Shown: positions 35,931 through 49,846 of the stretch, in pieces | Layout: every line of letters begins with the position of its first letter | How positions within the stretch are numbered: position 1 is the first letter of the stretch | Origin: Chiloscyllium plagiosum | Lineage: Eukaryota | NCBI RefSeq assembly: GCF_004010195.1 | Contig: NC_057759.1 | Span: 6,766,290-6,829,918, forward strand | DNA length: 63,629 bases | Direction: 5' to 3' | Notes under the pieces: generated by a model | Told to the model about the DNA's origin: nothing | Seen by the model: only the letters and a program-made list of their open reading frames with translations | The model's database searches: none | Position numbers and translations under genes: made by a program

Positions 35931-38929
35931 TCTCCATGACCCTATATTAGTCAGTGCCCTTTATTTAAATTATCTAAGTTTCACTGCGAATACCTCTCAT
36001 GTCTTATATCATTACAGAACACAGACCGAGTTTCCCTATCAAATAATCTTGCATCTATGAAGACATACATGAAATTAACTGCTTAGTTTATCTTTCAGTT
36101 CGCAGTTCTCTACAAAATAAAACGCTCCAGTCCAGTTACTTACCATTCCACACTTGACCTTGTCTTCACAGTTCTCTCAAGAATGAAAGAAGCGTTTGCC
36201 TTCTTATTCTTTTTGATTTCCTTATCAAGTTATTGGCCCTCCTTTGCTGAGTCCTAAATTTCTCTGAATCCACGGCTTACCACAATATCTGGCATTTTTC
36301 TGAGCCGCTTCCTTTTTTATGTAATGCAATTTTGAATTTATTTTGTAATCATTATTGAGTTTGCACTGTGTTAGTATCTTTATATCGGACATGTATTTTT
36401 AATCACCAGCTAATGTCTATCTTCCATTTAAGCTTTTTTCATGATTTTTCTTATTCACTGAACCGAACGTATCCCTCATAACGTCATGGCTTGCTTGAGT
36501 CAGGATTATAACTGTTACATAAACAAAAGTTTTGTATTCAGGCGTCTCATAAAGTTTAATATATTATGATCACTATACTCAAACGCTCCTTCTTAGTACG
36601 GCTTTCGAATAACTCTTCTGTTCACATAAAATCAATTCTAGGAAAGCCTGATCTCTTGCTCATTGCTCAGCATATCTTTAAAACAAGTCAGTGAAATCAC
36701 TTTTTCCCAATGTTCGCGTTCATTTAGGTTGACAAATTTTACATGTACGTTGATGCTGTCCAGTATTACTGTAGTACACACAAACTTGCAATTTCTAATT
36801 TCCTGTTTTATAACATACACAACATTTGTATTGTAGCTTTCACATTAGATATATAACTCACGTCACTGTTTGCTTCTCCATACTGTTTCTGACCTCTGCC
36901 GTAGCCGATTCTGTGGCATCTGAGCGACCTTGACTCTGGGGGAATTAATGGTAGATTCAAGCAAGACATTTGGCGAGGTGTATTCTGGACGTTGAGGTCA
37001 TCTCGTCGCATGTTATATCTTCTCAAGTGTCATTGTGACATTTTCACCAGATCATACATTGCGTTGGTGCAGCTGACACAGACAATAATCTTTTAACAGT
37101 GCTATGCATTCCTCCAGACAGTTGGGAATGATCTAACCTGGGTGGGAAATTTACAGTAGGCTGGCAAAGTGATCTTGCCAGTGTACAACACTTGCAGTAC
37201 TGCGTACAGATTTAATCTTTTCATTGAATAAAGTATATTGTTGCATTGGAAGCAGCTCAAAGATGATTCCCTCAACTGATTTCTGCAATGAAGGTGTTAA
37301 TTTATAAGGAAAGAATGATCAGGTTATTACGATACCCATGAACGTTTCCAAGAATGAACGACGATCTTATTTTTGAATCTAACATCAGAAGAAGCCAGCA
37401 CAGAAAACAATTCCATAGCAAATGAAGGAATCCATTCTGCTTTTTGACTATTTACACAGGAAAAGTAAAAGTATAATCAGGCATTTGAATCTGCTACACC
37501 AGAACAGGGCGAGGCTGCTTCGCCAGTGGAATCTAATATTCAGTTTCAGGAGGAGGCCAATCAGCCCTGCGTACCCATAGTAGGTCATGCAGCAACAGTA
37601 TCCTGTTACACAACAACATGATCAGTCCATTCAGCCTCCTTAAGTCCTAACAGTGGAACTGGAGGTCGTCATTCAATCCATTGATCCTATTGCACGGGAA
37701 TTCTACGGGAAAACAAAACCGTTTCAGCCATTTACCTTGCGTATTGGAATCGGAGAAGAACAATCACTCCCTCAATCCATTTCAAGGATGCAGGAGGAGA
37801 CTGTTCAGCATCTCGATCCTCTTATGGACAAAAACAACGAGACACTTCAGCGGCTCAAATTGTTACATACCGACAGGTAAATTCCATAAGCCCCCAAGTA
37901 TCTGATGCATGATCTGGAGGAGGACGAGAAGATCTTCAAGGTCTTACTCAGGATATTCCGATCATCGAGACTATAATGTCAGAACACCACACAGACATTC
38001 AGTCCAACGAGTTGGTTCCCCAAGAAGAGACTGAGTTCACTCAACCACTCATGTCTCTTACACAGCAATCGGACAAACCTTTTTCCTGTTACACGCGAAT
38101 GGAAAGAGAACATCGAGGTTATAGAAAGGGAAGGACTTAGAATAATCACCTTCACTGGTGTATAAAAGGTCGTGAGTAAACTACTGTGATTTAAGGCAAA
38201 TTGATAGAATCCATTATCAATTAAATTACAACAGGAGATTTTCAAAATCAAACCACAATGCATCAGAGTCAGCATAGTATTATGAAGGCTTTATTTGCTT
38301 GAGTTCTTTAAAGATGTGCCAGGCAAAGTCGATATTGGGGTTCCTGAAATTGTCTAGAATATGTACTTCTCTAAGGCATTGAAAATAGTTCTGCACAAAA
38401 GATAAAGCTATAAAATAGACACACATGAGATTGGGAGAAATGCATTAGCTTGCATAGAGGGTTGGTGAATAAACAAAACTCAGAGAAATGGAATAGATGA
38501 GTCCTTTTATGGTTGGCAATTTTTAGGTGCCATAGAGTTCGGGCCGTAGGCACTAACTATTGCATTACTCGGATGAAGGAATAGAAAGAACTATAGCCAA
38601 ATTTCCAGATACTAAAATGGATGGAAAAGTAAATTGACGCAATAAAGATGTTAAAAAATTACAAATGGACCTGAACATTTCAGATGAATAGGCCCAGATA
38701 AAATTTAACGTGGATAAGCATGGGGTTATCCAGTTTGATCAGAGTAATAGAAAGACAACTCCACATAAGCACAAGGAGTAAGTATGGGGTAGGAATAACC
38801 AAAAGGAAGATTCACAAAAACAAAGACCGGTTGAAAGACCGACAGGAGGCTCAACAGTCTGAGACAGCTAGAGGAACATTAGAGACAGACAGCATATACA
38901 ATGAGTGATCAATAGTAACATCAAGAGAA

Positions 38930-39640
38930 AGAGTCAGTTTGTAGATTTGGGGAAGAAGGTAGAACAGAGCTGTATGTGTTTGGGGACTGGCAGGTTGGAC
39001 GCTGCGTGGCTTGTTGGGGAAACCTGCAGCTTAGATGAGTTTTGCAAAAGCTGTGGACCCAATTGCCTCATGTTCTGGGGGAGATGGAAAAGGGATCAGA
39101 GATGCTGGTATTCTGCCTCCACAAAGTGGAGGTCAGTATGTCAGTCAACAACAGCAGCACCCTTGTTAGCAGGCTTCACTACACAGTCAGGATTGGTTCT
39201 GATAGCATGGACAAGGGCCTGTGCCCGAAACGTCGAATCTCCTGTTCCCTGGATGCTGCCTGACCTGCTGTGCTGTTCCAGCAATAAAGTTTCAACTTTG
39301 ATCTCCAGCATCTGCAGACCTCACTTTCTCCTCTGATAGCATGGAGTAGAGTCAGTTCAAGGGGAAGACATCATCAGATGAACATAGCTGGACACACAGA
39401 AATCAGGTGACCAATACAATGGCGGTGATTGTCAAAATGCAAAAAGTAAAGATCACTAAAAGGCTGGATGGAGAGGAACATGTGGAGTGAGTTAATTTGA
39501 AGTGGGCGAAGGTGTCTGAAGGTTGGGAAGAGGATTCTTGTCTCAAGATATGGGGACATATATCAATGCGACAGGAGAAGAGTTCAACATCATGTCATGC
39601 CAGACATTCTTCGGGGAATGCGGTGAGGGAGGGGAGAAAG
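38930..39640 (-). mobile_element. Degraded Penelope-like RT N-terminal fragment
   Basis: Minus translation of ~39152-39210 gives HAIRTNPDCVVKPANKGAA, a decayed KPADKG ('DKG') motif of PLE RTs. Confidence 0.6.
39212..39331 (+). mobile_element. Short Penelope-like terminal fragment with 14-bp TSD
   Basis: TCTGATAGCATGGA at 39198-39211 and 39332-39345; the insert begins with the 3' part of a hammerhead (AAGGGCCTGTGCCCGAAACGTC). Confidence 0.75.
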
Positions 39641-40163
39641 GAATAAAACTGAAGCAGTTGCTCACTACACAATTTTCCGTATCAGAGAGAGATGTTTTCA
39701 TATTCTGTGATATGTGTTTATGGACAACAGGGGAAGCACTGAGACAAAGTGTTAATTGTTACTAGCATGGGAATTAAGTACAGTCATGCTGCAATAACAA
39801 TTTTTTCGGTTTGCCCCAGGAAAGCAATAAAAAACACAGAACAAAGGAGACATTCGCAGTGAATGCAAGAGCAGGTAAAGTGCATTAAGTTAAAGAACAG
39901 CAACAGTAGACATTGGCAGGGCGGACATGGAAACATGAGCCGCACCAGATACGTGAGGGTAAAGAAGGTAAGTTGATAGCAATGAATTATGTTTAATAGA
40001 TCTAATACGCAGATAAGTTAAGTAGTTGCACAAAATTACAGAACAGGTTTATGAAGCAATAACAAGAAAGATGATAATTAACGGTATTTGCACAGTGTAC
40101 ATTTAAGTTCAGAAAATTGCAAAAAAGAAGCACATCAACAAAGCTGGAACCATAAATGACAAA

Positions 40164-40475
40164 ATTAGATTCTCTACAGTGTGAAAACAGGCCCTTCGGC
40201 CCAACCAGTCCACACCGACCCTCCAAAGAGTAACCCACATAGACCCATTTCCCTCTGACTAATGCACCTCGCACTATGAGCAATTTAGCATGGCCAATTC
40301 ACCCTACCTGCACATCATTGGACTGTGGGAGGAAACCGGAGCACCCGGAGGAAACCCACGCAGACTCAGGGAGAATGTGCAACCTCCACACAGACAGTCA
40401 TCCGAGGCTGGAATCAAATCTGGGACCTGAGTGCTGTGAGGCAGCAGTGCTAACCACTGATTTACCGTGCTGCCC
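40164..40475 (-). mobile_element. HE1-type SINE, near full length
   Basis: Minus-strand tRNA-like head (GGGCAGCACGGT...GTGGTTAGCACTGCTGCCTCACAGC) and CR1-like tail GGGCCGAAGGGCCTGTTT. Confidence 0.88.
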
Positions 40476-42417
40476 GTAGATGGGTCAATCTGTAGAACTC
40501 ATTGTGAGGCATTGACCTATCAGAGACACCAACAATGCCAAGCATGGAATAATGAATATAAGCAAAAATCCGAAGTGACATCTTTATTCGACGTGTTAAC
40601 TTTATCCAATCATAATCACAGTTGCGAAAGTAAAGCCAATCAGATAAACTCTTCCCTATCACTGGATTACTCAAATCTTTTTCCTCCTTATTGTCACCAA
40701 CTGCAATGATATTCTTCTCGATTGTTCTCGATAATCACTCCATTACTATGGTTATGATAATCCCTGATTACTCGACCGATATTGAACCTGTTGTCATTCT
40801 GTGAGAAAGAATTGAATAGAATCCATTAATGAGTCTCCACATCTACTCAAGTAACACAACTATTTTATCTTAGTCATACATTTATTCCAGTTAATGAACA
40901 AACAATTGCACTTAACCGCTTGAATCAAACCAGTTTTGCACCATAATAGATTAGAATATTGATATGGTCTATGGAGAGTTTTAATACGAACAATCATAGA
41001 GGCGATAATTCAATAAAGTGTGAAGTTTCTTTGCATAATGATACAGATATACTTGCAGGGGATTAAAGGGGTGCACACTTTGCCTGTTTCACAAAAATGA
41101 AGCCAAGATTTAAATCTGCACAGAGCAGACATCTGACATCAATAATGATAAACATTAGAAAGTATACAATCATCTGGGTAAGTCATTGGAAGATCACATC
41201 CTATTTAGGTGATCTTATTCTAAAAAAAGAGTCCATCAGTCCTCAGCCAACACTTTATTAATGGCCACTATGCTGCGGTTCCTCATCCATTTCATCACCA
41301 CTATTTATGCTGGAACCAACCATCATTGAAGTCGTCACTATTGAGTCACCATCTTTCGTCGCTAGGCCAATTGTCTTCCGGCACCACTTCACCACCTCGT
41401 CGGTGTTGTTGCGATGTCCATTCTGCCACAGCTGCACCACTGTCAGCACTAGACCGAACAAATGATGATGTAACCAATTCTCAGATGCAATTCTTCGCCG
41501 CTGGGCCTACCTCGTGATGTTATCTTGCTGATTTACCAGCCATTGATTCAGATGCCATGTTACATGTTCTCTTAGACACTAAAGTAAGTGCTCACTTGCC
41601 ACTGCTAGGAGTTCCGCTCTGGCCTCACACAAGTCGAAGCTGAGATCCATTGCTAATTCCATTCAAGATCAAGACAAGATGTAAATGAAGGAAAAGAGAA
41701 AACAGACCAGAAAAGAGAGAGAAAATTAGAGAAGCTGCCAGCGTGGACAAACTGTAACCTCAGGAACAATCTTGAGGGCAGAGGAAACATCTCTTATACA
41801 CTCACCCAGTCAAGTCCCCTTAGGAATTTAAACGTTTTAATGAAGTAACATATGACTCCTCTAAACTTCAAAGACACCAGGCTAGCGTTTTCTTAAAACT
41901 AATTCGCTCATTTCAATGTAGAGAGTGAGCTTGTTGTAATTGTCCATTGTGTTTGTGGTGAGCCAGTAGAGGAAGGACAGTGGCACAAGTGTCATTGATG
42001 AGCTGGCTCAGTACTGGTGGACTCTGTTCAGGTTTAGAATAAGATCACAGAAAAAAAACATGACTTTCCATTGACTGATTCATGATGTTTGATATTTATT
42101 TATCTATTAACTTATCCATGATACTTATCTTCTCTCAAAGTTCATCATGTCAATGGAACCTTGGGCAACATATCAGGGGAGGTTTTCCATATTATTTTCA
42201 TCGGTACATTTCTAGTGATTGGCTAATAGATATTGTGCATGATGTTGCAAACGATTGCAGCTTTGGGTCCTGCTTTGATTGCATTTGGAGCTTAATCTGG
42301 ATACTGTACTCAGATTGAAACAAATCCCCTCTCATCACGCTACTTTTCAACTTGCTGCTGCTCTCTGGGCGCTGTGTTCGTAATTCCTCCAACTACCTGC
42401 TGTCGATGGTTAGGAAT

Positions 42418-42476
42418 CATTCCTGTTGAAGGGTTCCTGCTTGAAACGTCGATTTTCCTGCTCCTCGAATGCTGCC
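42418..42476 (+). mobile_element. Penelope-like terminal remnant with decayed hammerhead
   Basis: TTC-CTGTTGA-AGGG...GAAACGTC-GATTTTCCTGCTCCTCG-ATGCTGCC. Confidence 0.55.
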
Positions 42477-44092
42477 ATTGTTTGACACAGACTTACTTGC
42501 CGATTGTCAAACTCAGTGCACACACAGTGAGACGGTCACTTTCAGCTGTCTGCTGGTATTGTGTATATCTCACAATTGCAGTTCCTCCTTCATCTCACTC
42601 CACTGGGTAATGTTATAATGTTACATAAACGACAAAGAAAAAAAAAACCAGATTCACACATACATACAAACACACAGTCTCAACTTCATCCCATTTTGTT
42701 GAACACAGTGAATATCATACACACATAATTTAACCTCAGTACTGAGAACTCAAGTGCAGAATTTGTAGGTGCCTGTCTCTGTGATTTTCCATTGCATTAC
42801 TTACAATGACTGTCACACCTTCAGGCTCACAAGCCCTCCATACTCTCCAACCCTTGGTTTGCCCCCTCCTGAAGGAAAAGGATGACCAGCCACACGTCGT
42901 GGTCCACGTAGGTACCTAGGTCAGAGGTAGAATGAGGGATAGGAATGTAAGGCAGGATTTCAGGGAGCTAGGGTGCAAGCTAGAACAGCGTTGTTATCTC
43001 TGGTTTGTACCCGTGCCACGGGGATAGCGAGGCAAGAAATAGGGAGAGATATGAGCTGAACACGTGACTGCAGGAATGGTGCAGGAGGGCGGGTTTCAGG
43101 TACATGGATAATTGGAGTCAATTCTGGGGAAGTTGAGACCTCTACCAACAGGATGGTCTTCACTTGAACTAGAGGGCTACTAATATCTTGGGTGCGAAAG
43201 TTGCTGGTGCTATTCGGATGGGCTTAAACTAGCTCAGCAGGGGGATGGGAAACTGAGGTTTAATACCAGTGCACAGGAGGACGAGAATAAGGAGGGCATG
43301 GGCAGGATTTCCTGGTAACAGGAATGTGCTGGCAGACAGCAAGCTGTTTTGAAGTCTGTCTACTTCAACGCCAGAAGTATCTGAAAGATGGAGGTGAGCT
43401 TGCAGCATGGTTAGGTGCTTGGGACTTCGATGTTGTGGCCACTTCAGAGATATGGATAGTGCAGGGTCAGCAATGGATGTTGCAAGTTCCACGACATAGA
43501 TTTTTCATTAAGAACAGGGTAGACGGTAAAAGTCGGGGAGGGGTGTCACCTTGCTGGTCAAGGACAATATAACGGTGACTGAAAGAACATTTGACGAGGA
43601 TGCATCTACTGAGGTGGTATGGGCTGAGGTTAGAAACAGGAGAGGAGTGGTCACACTGCTTGGAATTCTTTTATCGGCCTCCACAGAATTCCAGAGATGT
43701 GGAGGAGAGGATCGGCAAAACGATTCTGGGTAGGAGTGAAAGGAAAAGGGTGGTCGTTATGGGAAACTTTAACTTCCCCAATATTGACTGGAAATGCTAC
43801 AACTCCAGTACATCAGATGAATTAGGTTTTGTCCAACGTGTGCAGGAGGATTTCCTGACACAGTATGTCGAAAGGCTGACAAGAGGGGACGCTGCAATGG
43901 ATCTGGTGCTTGATAAGGAACCAGGCCAGGTGTTTGATTTATTGGTAGGTTAGATCTTTGGAGAGAGTGACCATAATTCGCTGACGTTTGATTTAGCGAT
44001 GGAAATAATAGGTACATTCCACGGGGCAAGAGTTATAGATGTGGGAAGTGCTATTATAATGCAATTAGGCAAGACTTAGGAAGCATAAAATG

Positions 44093-44412
44093 TTTTTTTT
44101 TTAAACTTATAGTGTGGAAACAGGCCCCTCGACCCAAGAAGTCCACAGCGAGCCGCCGAAGCGCAACCCACCCATACCCACTCCCCCACACTTAACACTA
44201 TGGGCAACTAGCATGGCCAATTCACCTAAGCTGCACATTTTTGGATTGTGGGAGGAAACCGGAGAAAACCCACGCAGACACGGGGCGAATATGCAAACTC
44301 CACACAGAGAGTCGCCTGAGGTGGGAATTGAACCGAGGTCTCTGGCGCTGTGAGGCAGCAGCGCTAACCACTGTGCCGCAGCCGCGCTAACCACTGTGCC
44401 ACCGTGCCGCCC
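44093..44412 (-). mobile_element. HE1-type SINE
   Basis: Head GGGCGGCACGGTGGCACAGTGGTTAGC (locally duplicated), B-box-like GGTTCAATTCCC, A-rich tail at 44093-44102. Confidence 0.9.
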
Positions 44413-44480
44413 ACTGACTGTTTCAAACCGGGGACCTTTCGCGTGGTAAGCGAATGTGATACCCACTACACTACACCAAC
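44413..44480 (-). pseudogene. tRNA-Val-derived pseudogene
   Basis: Minus strand GTAGTGTAGTGGGTATCACATTCGCTTACCACGCGAAAGGTCCCCGGTTTGAAAC closely follows vertebrate tRNA-Val(AAC/CAC); acceptor stem broken and anticodon loop mutated. Confidence 0.85.
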
Positions 44481-46994
44481 TCGCTCAATGTGGTAGCAAA
44501 ATGCTCAGGATGGGGACAATCAAAATGTGGAGCTGGTTTACCCGTGTCCTTGATAGGTATTTCCCTGTCAGGTAGGAAGAAAGTGATAAGGTAAGGGAAC
44601 CGCGGTTTATTAAATAAATTGCATCTCTTTTTAAGAAGAAGAAAGAAGCTTAAGTGAGCTTGCGACGAGATGGTTCCGGTGGGGTGATGGAGAGTTACAG
44701 ATTAGCTTGGAAGGATTTATAGGGAGAGTTAAGAAGAGCAAGAGAGGACACGAGCAGTCTTTAGCAAGTGGAACAGAGGAAAGCCCTAACGCTCTCTATA
44801 GATATGTGAGGAATAAAAGGATGACTGGGATAGGAATAGGGCCAGTCGGAGACAGAAGTGGGAAGTTGTTTGCGGACCTGTTGGAGATCAGAGACGTGCT
44901 AAACGAATATTTCTTATCTGATTTCACTCAGGAAATGGAGAATATTGTACAGGAGAAGAACGGCATATGGGATATTAGATAGAAAAGATCTAGGTTAGTA
45001 AGAAATAGTTGTTATCAATTCTACAAGGAGTGAAAGTAGACAATTCCAATGTGTCGAATGGGATTTGTCCGAGGATTCTCTGGGAAGCTAGGAAAGAGAT
45101 GTTGGAGCCTTTGGCTTTGATCTTTGTGTCATCATTGCCTACAGAGTTAATACCAAGGCTTGGACGATTGCAAATGTTGTGCCCTTGTTCAAGAAGGGCA
45201 GTAGAAATGACCCAGTTAATTAGAGACCAGTGAGCCTTACGTCTGTTGTCAGAAACGTTTTGGAAAGGATTATAAGAGATAAGATTTATAATCATCTAGC
45301 AAGCAACAATTTGATTGCAGATAGTCAATATGGTTTTGAAAAGGGCAGGTCATGTATCACAATCCTCACTGAGTTTTTTTGAGAAGGTGACCAAGCATGT
45401 GATGAGGGTAGGGCAGTCGACGTGGTGTACATGGACTTCAGTGAAGACTTTGATAAGGTTCCACATGATAGGCTGTTGGAGAAAATGCAGAGGCAAGGGA
45501 TTGAGGTTATTTAGCAGTTGGACTAGAAACTGGCTTTCTATAAAAAGGCAGCGAAAGGTGTTTGATGGAAAATATTCAGCCAGGACTTCCGTTACTAGTG
45601 GTGTGCCACAATAATTTGTTTTGGGATCACTGCTGTTTGTCATTTTTATAAATGACTTGGATGCACGCATAATTGGATGGGTTAGTAAGTTTGCAGATGT
45701 CAGTAAAGTCGGTGGAGTGGTGGACACTGTGGAATAATGCTGCAAGTTGTGGGGGGTGTCGTGGATAAACAGCAGAATTGGGCTGAGAGGTGGCAAATGG
45801 AGTTCAACGCAGATAAAAGTGAGGCTTTGGGAAGAATAACAGGAAGGTAGAATACCGGGTCAATGGAAAGATTCTTGGTAGTGTGGATGTGCAGGCTATC
45901 TTGAAATCCATGTACATCGATCCCTGAAAGTTACCACCCAAGTTGATAGTGTTGTTAAGAAGGCATACGGTGTGTTAGGTGTATTGGTAAAGTGGTTGAG
46001 TTCCAGAGCCATAATGTCATGCTGCAAGGATGCAACATGTTAGTACGGCCGCATTTGGAATATTGTGCACAGTTCGGTTTGCCCCATTACAGGAAGAATG
46101 TGGAAGTATAGGAAAAGGTGCAGAGGAGATTTACCAGGATGCTGCCTGGCCAGGTGAGAAGGTCTTATGAGGAAAGGCTGAGAGCCTTGGGTCTGTTCTC
46201 TTTGGAGAGAAGAAAGCTGAAAGTGGATTTGGCAGAAGCCTACAAGATGATCAGAGAATTAGATAGGGGAGCCAGTGAAAATCTCTTTACTTGGATGATG
46301 ACATCAGCTGTACGAGGGGTTATGGCTACAAATTGAGGGGTGATAGATTTAAGTCAGATATCAAAGGCTGGTTCTTTACTCGGAGAATGCCCTCTCTGCA
46401 AATATAGTTAACTCCGCCATATTAGGGGCATTTAATCAATCCTTGGTAAGCATATGGATGATGATGGGATAATGTAGGGAGATGCGCGCAGATTAACTCA
46501 GAGGTTGTTGCAACATCGAGCACTAAAAGGCCTGTTCCGCGTTGTATGGTTCTATGTTCTGTGATGCTCAGAAGCAATAGTATGTACTATCTTCAGGATG
46601 CACTGGAGAAATTCATCAACGATCCTCAGACAGGATTTTCAAATTCAAAGACCACTTCCGTCTAGAAGACCAAGAGCAATAGATATATGGAAACATCAAC
46701 TCCTGAAAGTTCACCTCCAAGCCTCTCAACAAAGAAACCATGGTTCCTTCACTGTCACTTTGTTAAAATTCTTGAATTCGATCACTAATTACATTGTGGG
46801 TCAATCCACAGCAGGTGAATTGCTGCGACTCAAGAATGCAGATCGATGCCACAATATCAATGGCAACCAGAAATGGCGATAAATATTTGCCATCCAGCGA
46901 TGCTCACATCCAACAAAAGTGAAGTTATCAAATAACATGTGGGATGTCAGCATTGGGGATTTATTAGAGAAAATTTATTATATATGAAAATTTA

Positions 46995-49846
46995 TTATAT
47001 ATGAAAGCACGAAGCATTAGAAATAAGATGGATGAGCGTGAGGCTTATTTGAACATTGGCAGTTACGATGTTGTGGGGATAATGGAGACATGGCTTCAAG
47101 TGGACAGGGCCTGGGAAATGAATATTCAAGGCCATACGTGCTATCGTAAGGACAGACTGACGGGCAGAGGGGGTGTTGGCAAGGAATGATATTCAGTCTC
47201 TTGCGCGGGAGGACCTAGAATCAGGGAATGTAGAGTCAGTATGGATAGAGCTGAGGAATTCTAAGTGTAGAAAAACCCTAATGGGAGTTATCTACAGGCC
47301 CCTAAAACAGTAATCTGGATGTAGGGTGTAAGTTGAATAGGGAGCTGAAATTGGCCTGTCGCAAAAATATTACAACAGTTGTTATGGGGGAATTTCAACT
47401 TGTAGGTAGACTGGGAGAATCAGGATGGTACTGGACCCCAAGAAAAGGGGTTTGTGGAGAGCCTCCGAGATGGATTCCTAGAACAGCTGGTGCTGGAGCC
47501 GACCAGGGAGAAGGAAATTCTGGATCTGGTGTTGTGTTACGAACCGGATTTGATCAGGGACCTCGAAGTTAAGGAGTCATGAGGAGGTAGTAACCATAAT
47601 ACAATAAGCTTTATTCTGCAATTTGAAAGGGAGAGGATACAATCGGAAGGGACAACATTTCAGTTGCATGAAGGGAACAATGGAGCTATGAGGGAGGAGT
47701 TGGCGAAAGTTCAATGGTGCAATACCCTAGCAGGGATGGCAGTGGAGCCAGGTATTTCTTGGTATAATGCCGAAGATGCAGGATCAGTTCATTCCAAAAA
47801 GGAAGAAAGAAAGATCCTAAGAGGAGGCAGGGGTTGCTGACAAGAGAAGTTAAGAAACATATAAAGTCAAAAGAGCAAAAGTATAACATAGTAAAGATGA
47901 GTGGGAAATCAGAGGACTGGGAAGCTTTTAAAGAACAACAGAGAAGGAAATACGCAGAGAAAAAAATGAGGTACGAAGGTAAACTGGCCAAAATTATAAA
48001 GGAGGATAGTAAAAGCTTTTTTAGGTATGTGAATGGAAAAAAAAGGTTAAGATTAAAATTGGGTCTTTGAAGCCAGAACCGGGTGAATATATTACGGGGA
48101 ACAAAGAAATGGCAGAAGAGATGAATTGGTACTTCAGATCTGTGTTCACTGGGGAAGACACAAGCAATGTCCCAGTGGTAATAATGGTTGAAGGACCTGA
48201 ACTGAAAGGAATTAATATTTGCCAGGAAATGGTGTTGTAGAGACTGTTAGGTCTGAAGGCTGCTAAGTCCCCGGGATCTGATGTTGTTCATCCCAGGGTA
48301 CTGAAGGTGGTGGCTCGAGAAATCGTGGATGTATTGGTGATCATTTTCCAATGTTCTATATATTCAGGATCAGTTCCTGTGGATTGGAGGGTGGTTAATG
48401 TTGTCCCACTTTTACAGAAAGGAGGGAGAGACAAAGAAGGGAATTATAGACCAGTTTGTCTGATCTCAGTGGTGGGAAAGATGCTGGAGTCAATTATAAA
48501 GGATGAAATGACAACACATTTGGATAGCAGTAACAGGATAGGTCAGAGTCAGCATGGATTTATGAAGGAGAAATCATGCTTGACTAATCTTTTGGAATTT
48601 TTTGAGCATATAACTGAAGATGGGCAAGGGCGATCCAATGGATGTAGTGTACCTGGACTTTCAGAAAGCCTTTGATAAAGTCCCAGATAGGAGGTTAGTG
48701 AGCAAAATTAGGGCGCATGGTATTGGGTGCAAAATACTGACTTGGATTGAAAATCGGTTGGCTGACAGGAAATAAAGAGTAGTGGTAAATGTCGCCCTTT
48801 TGGAATGGCAGGCGTTGACCAATGGGGTATCGCAGGGATCAGTGCTGGGACCGCAGCTTTTTACAATATACATTAATGATATAGATGATGGTATTAAAAG
48901 TAATATTAGCAAATTTGCAGATGATACAAAGCTGGGTGGCAGGGTGAAATGTGAAGAGGATGTTAGGAGATTAGAGGGTGATCTGGACAGGCTAGGTTGG
49001 TGGACGGTTGCATGGCAGACGCAGTTTAATGAAGATAAATGTGTGGTTATCCACTTTGGTGGGAAGAACAGGAAGGCAGATTACTACTTAAATGGAGTCA
49101 AGTTAGGTAAAGGGGCAGTACAACGAGATCTAGGTGTTCTTGTACACCAGTCAATGAAGGCAAGCATGCAGGTACAGCAGGCAGTGGAGAAAGCTAATAG
49201 CATGCTGGCCTTCATAACAAGACGAATTGAATATAGAAGCAAATAGGTTCTTCTGCATCTGTACAGGGCCCTGGTGCGACCTCACCTGGAATATTGTGTG
49301 CAGTTTTGGTCTCCAAATTTGAGGAGAGACATTCTGGCTATTGAGGGAGTGCAGCGTAGGTTCACGAGGTCAATTCCCAGAATGGCGGGACTATCTTACG
49401 TTGAAAGATTGGAGCGACTGGGCTTGTATACCCTTGAGTTTAGATGGCTGAGAGGGGATCTGATTGAGACGTATAAGATTATTAAAGGATTGGACAGTCT
49501 GGAGGCAGGAAGCATGTTTCCGCTGATGGGTGAGTCCCAAACCAGAGGACACAGTTTAAAAATAAGAGGTAGGCCATTTAGAACAGATTTGAGGAGAAAC
49601 GTCTTCACCCAGAGAGTGGTGGGTGTGTGGAATGCTCTGCCCCAGAGGGCAGTGGAGACCCAGTCTCTGGATACTTTCAAGAAAGCGTTGGGTAGATCTC
49701 TTAAGGATAGTGGAATCAAGGGTTATGGGGATAGGGCAGGAACAGGATACTGATTGAGGATGATCAGCCATGATCATAATGAATGGTGGTGCTGGTTCGA
49801 AGAGCAGAATGGCCTAATCCTGCACCTATTGTCTATTGTCTATTGT
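46995..49846 (+). mobile_element. CR1 LINE, nearly complete ORF2 with stops and frameshifts
   Basis: YMKARSIRNK, VVGIMETW, GNYRPVCLISVVGKMLE, QHGF, GVSQGSVLGP, KFADDTK, RPHLEYCVQFWSP; tail (CTATTGT)3. Confidence 0.95.

Larger units (their letters stand above)
42880..46562 (+). mobile_element. Long degraded CR1 LINE, interrupted at ~44093-44487
   Basis: ORF1 esterase remnants (VVVHVGT, DGLHLN); APE YFNARS and VVVMGNFNFPNIDW; RT motifs; tail GTTCTATGTTCT. Confidence 0.9.

Noticed and set aside
44413..44480. Functional tRNA-Gly(ACC)
   Set aside because: The body is tRNA-Val-like, the acceptor stem cannot form and the T-loop is mutated (GGTTTGA).
46995..49846. Active CR1 element
   Set aside because: It has multiple stops and frameshifts and no ORF1 or 5' UTR.
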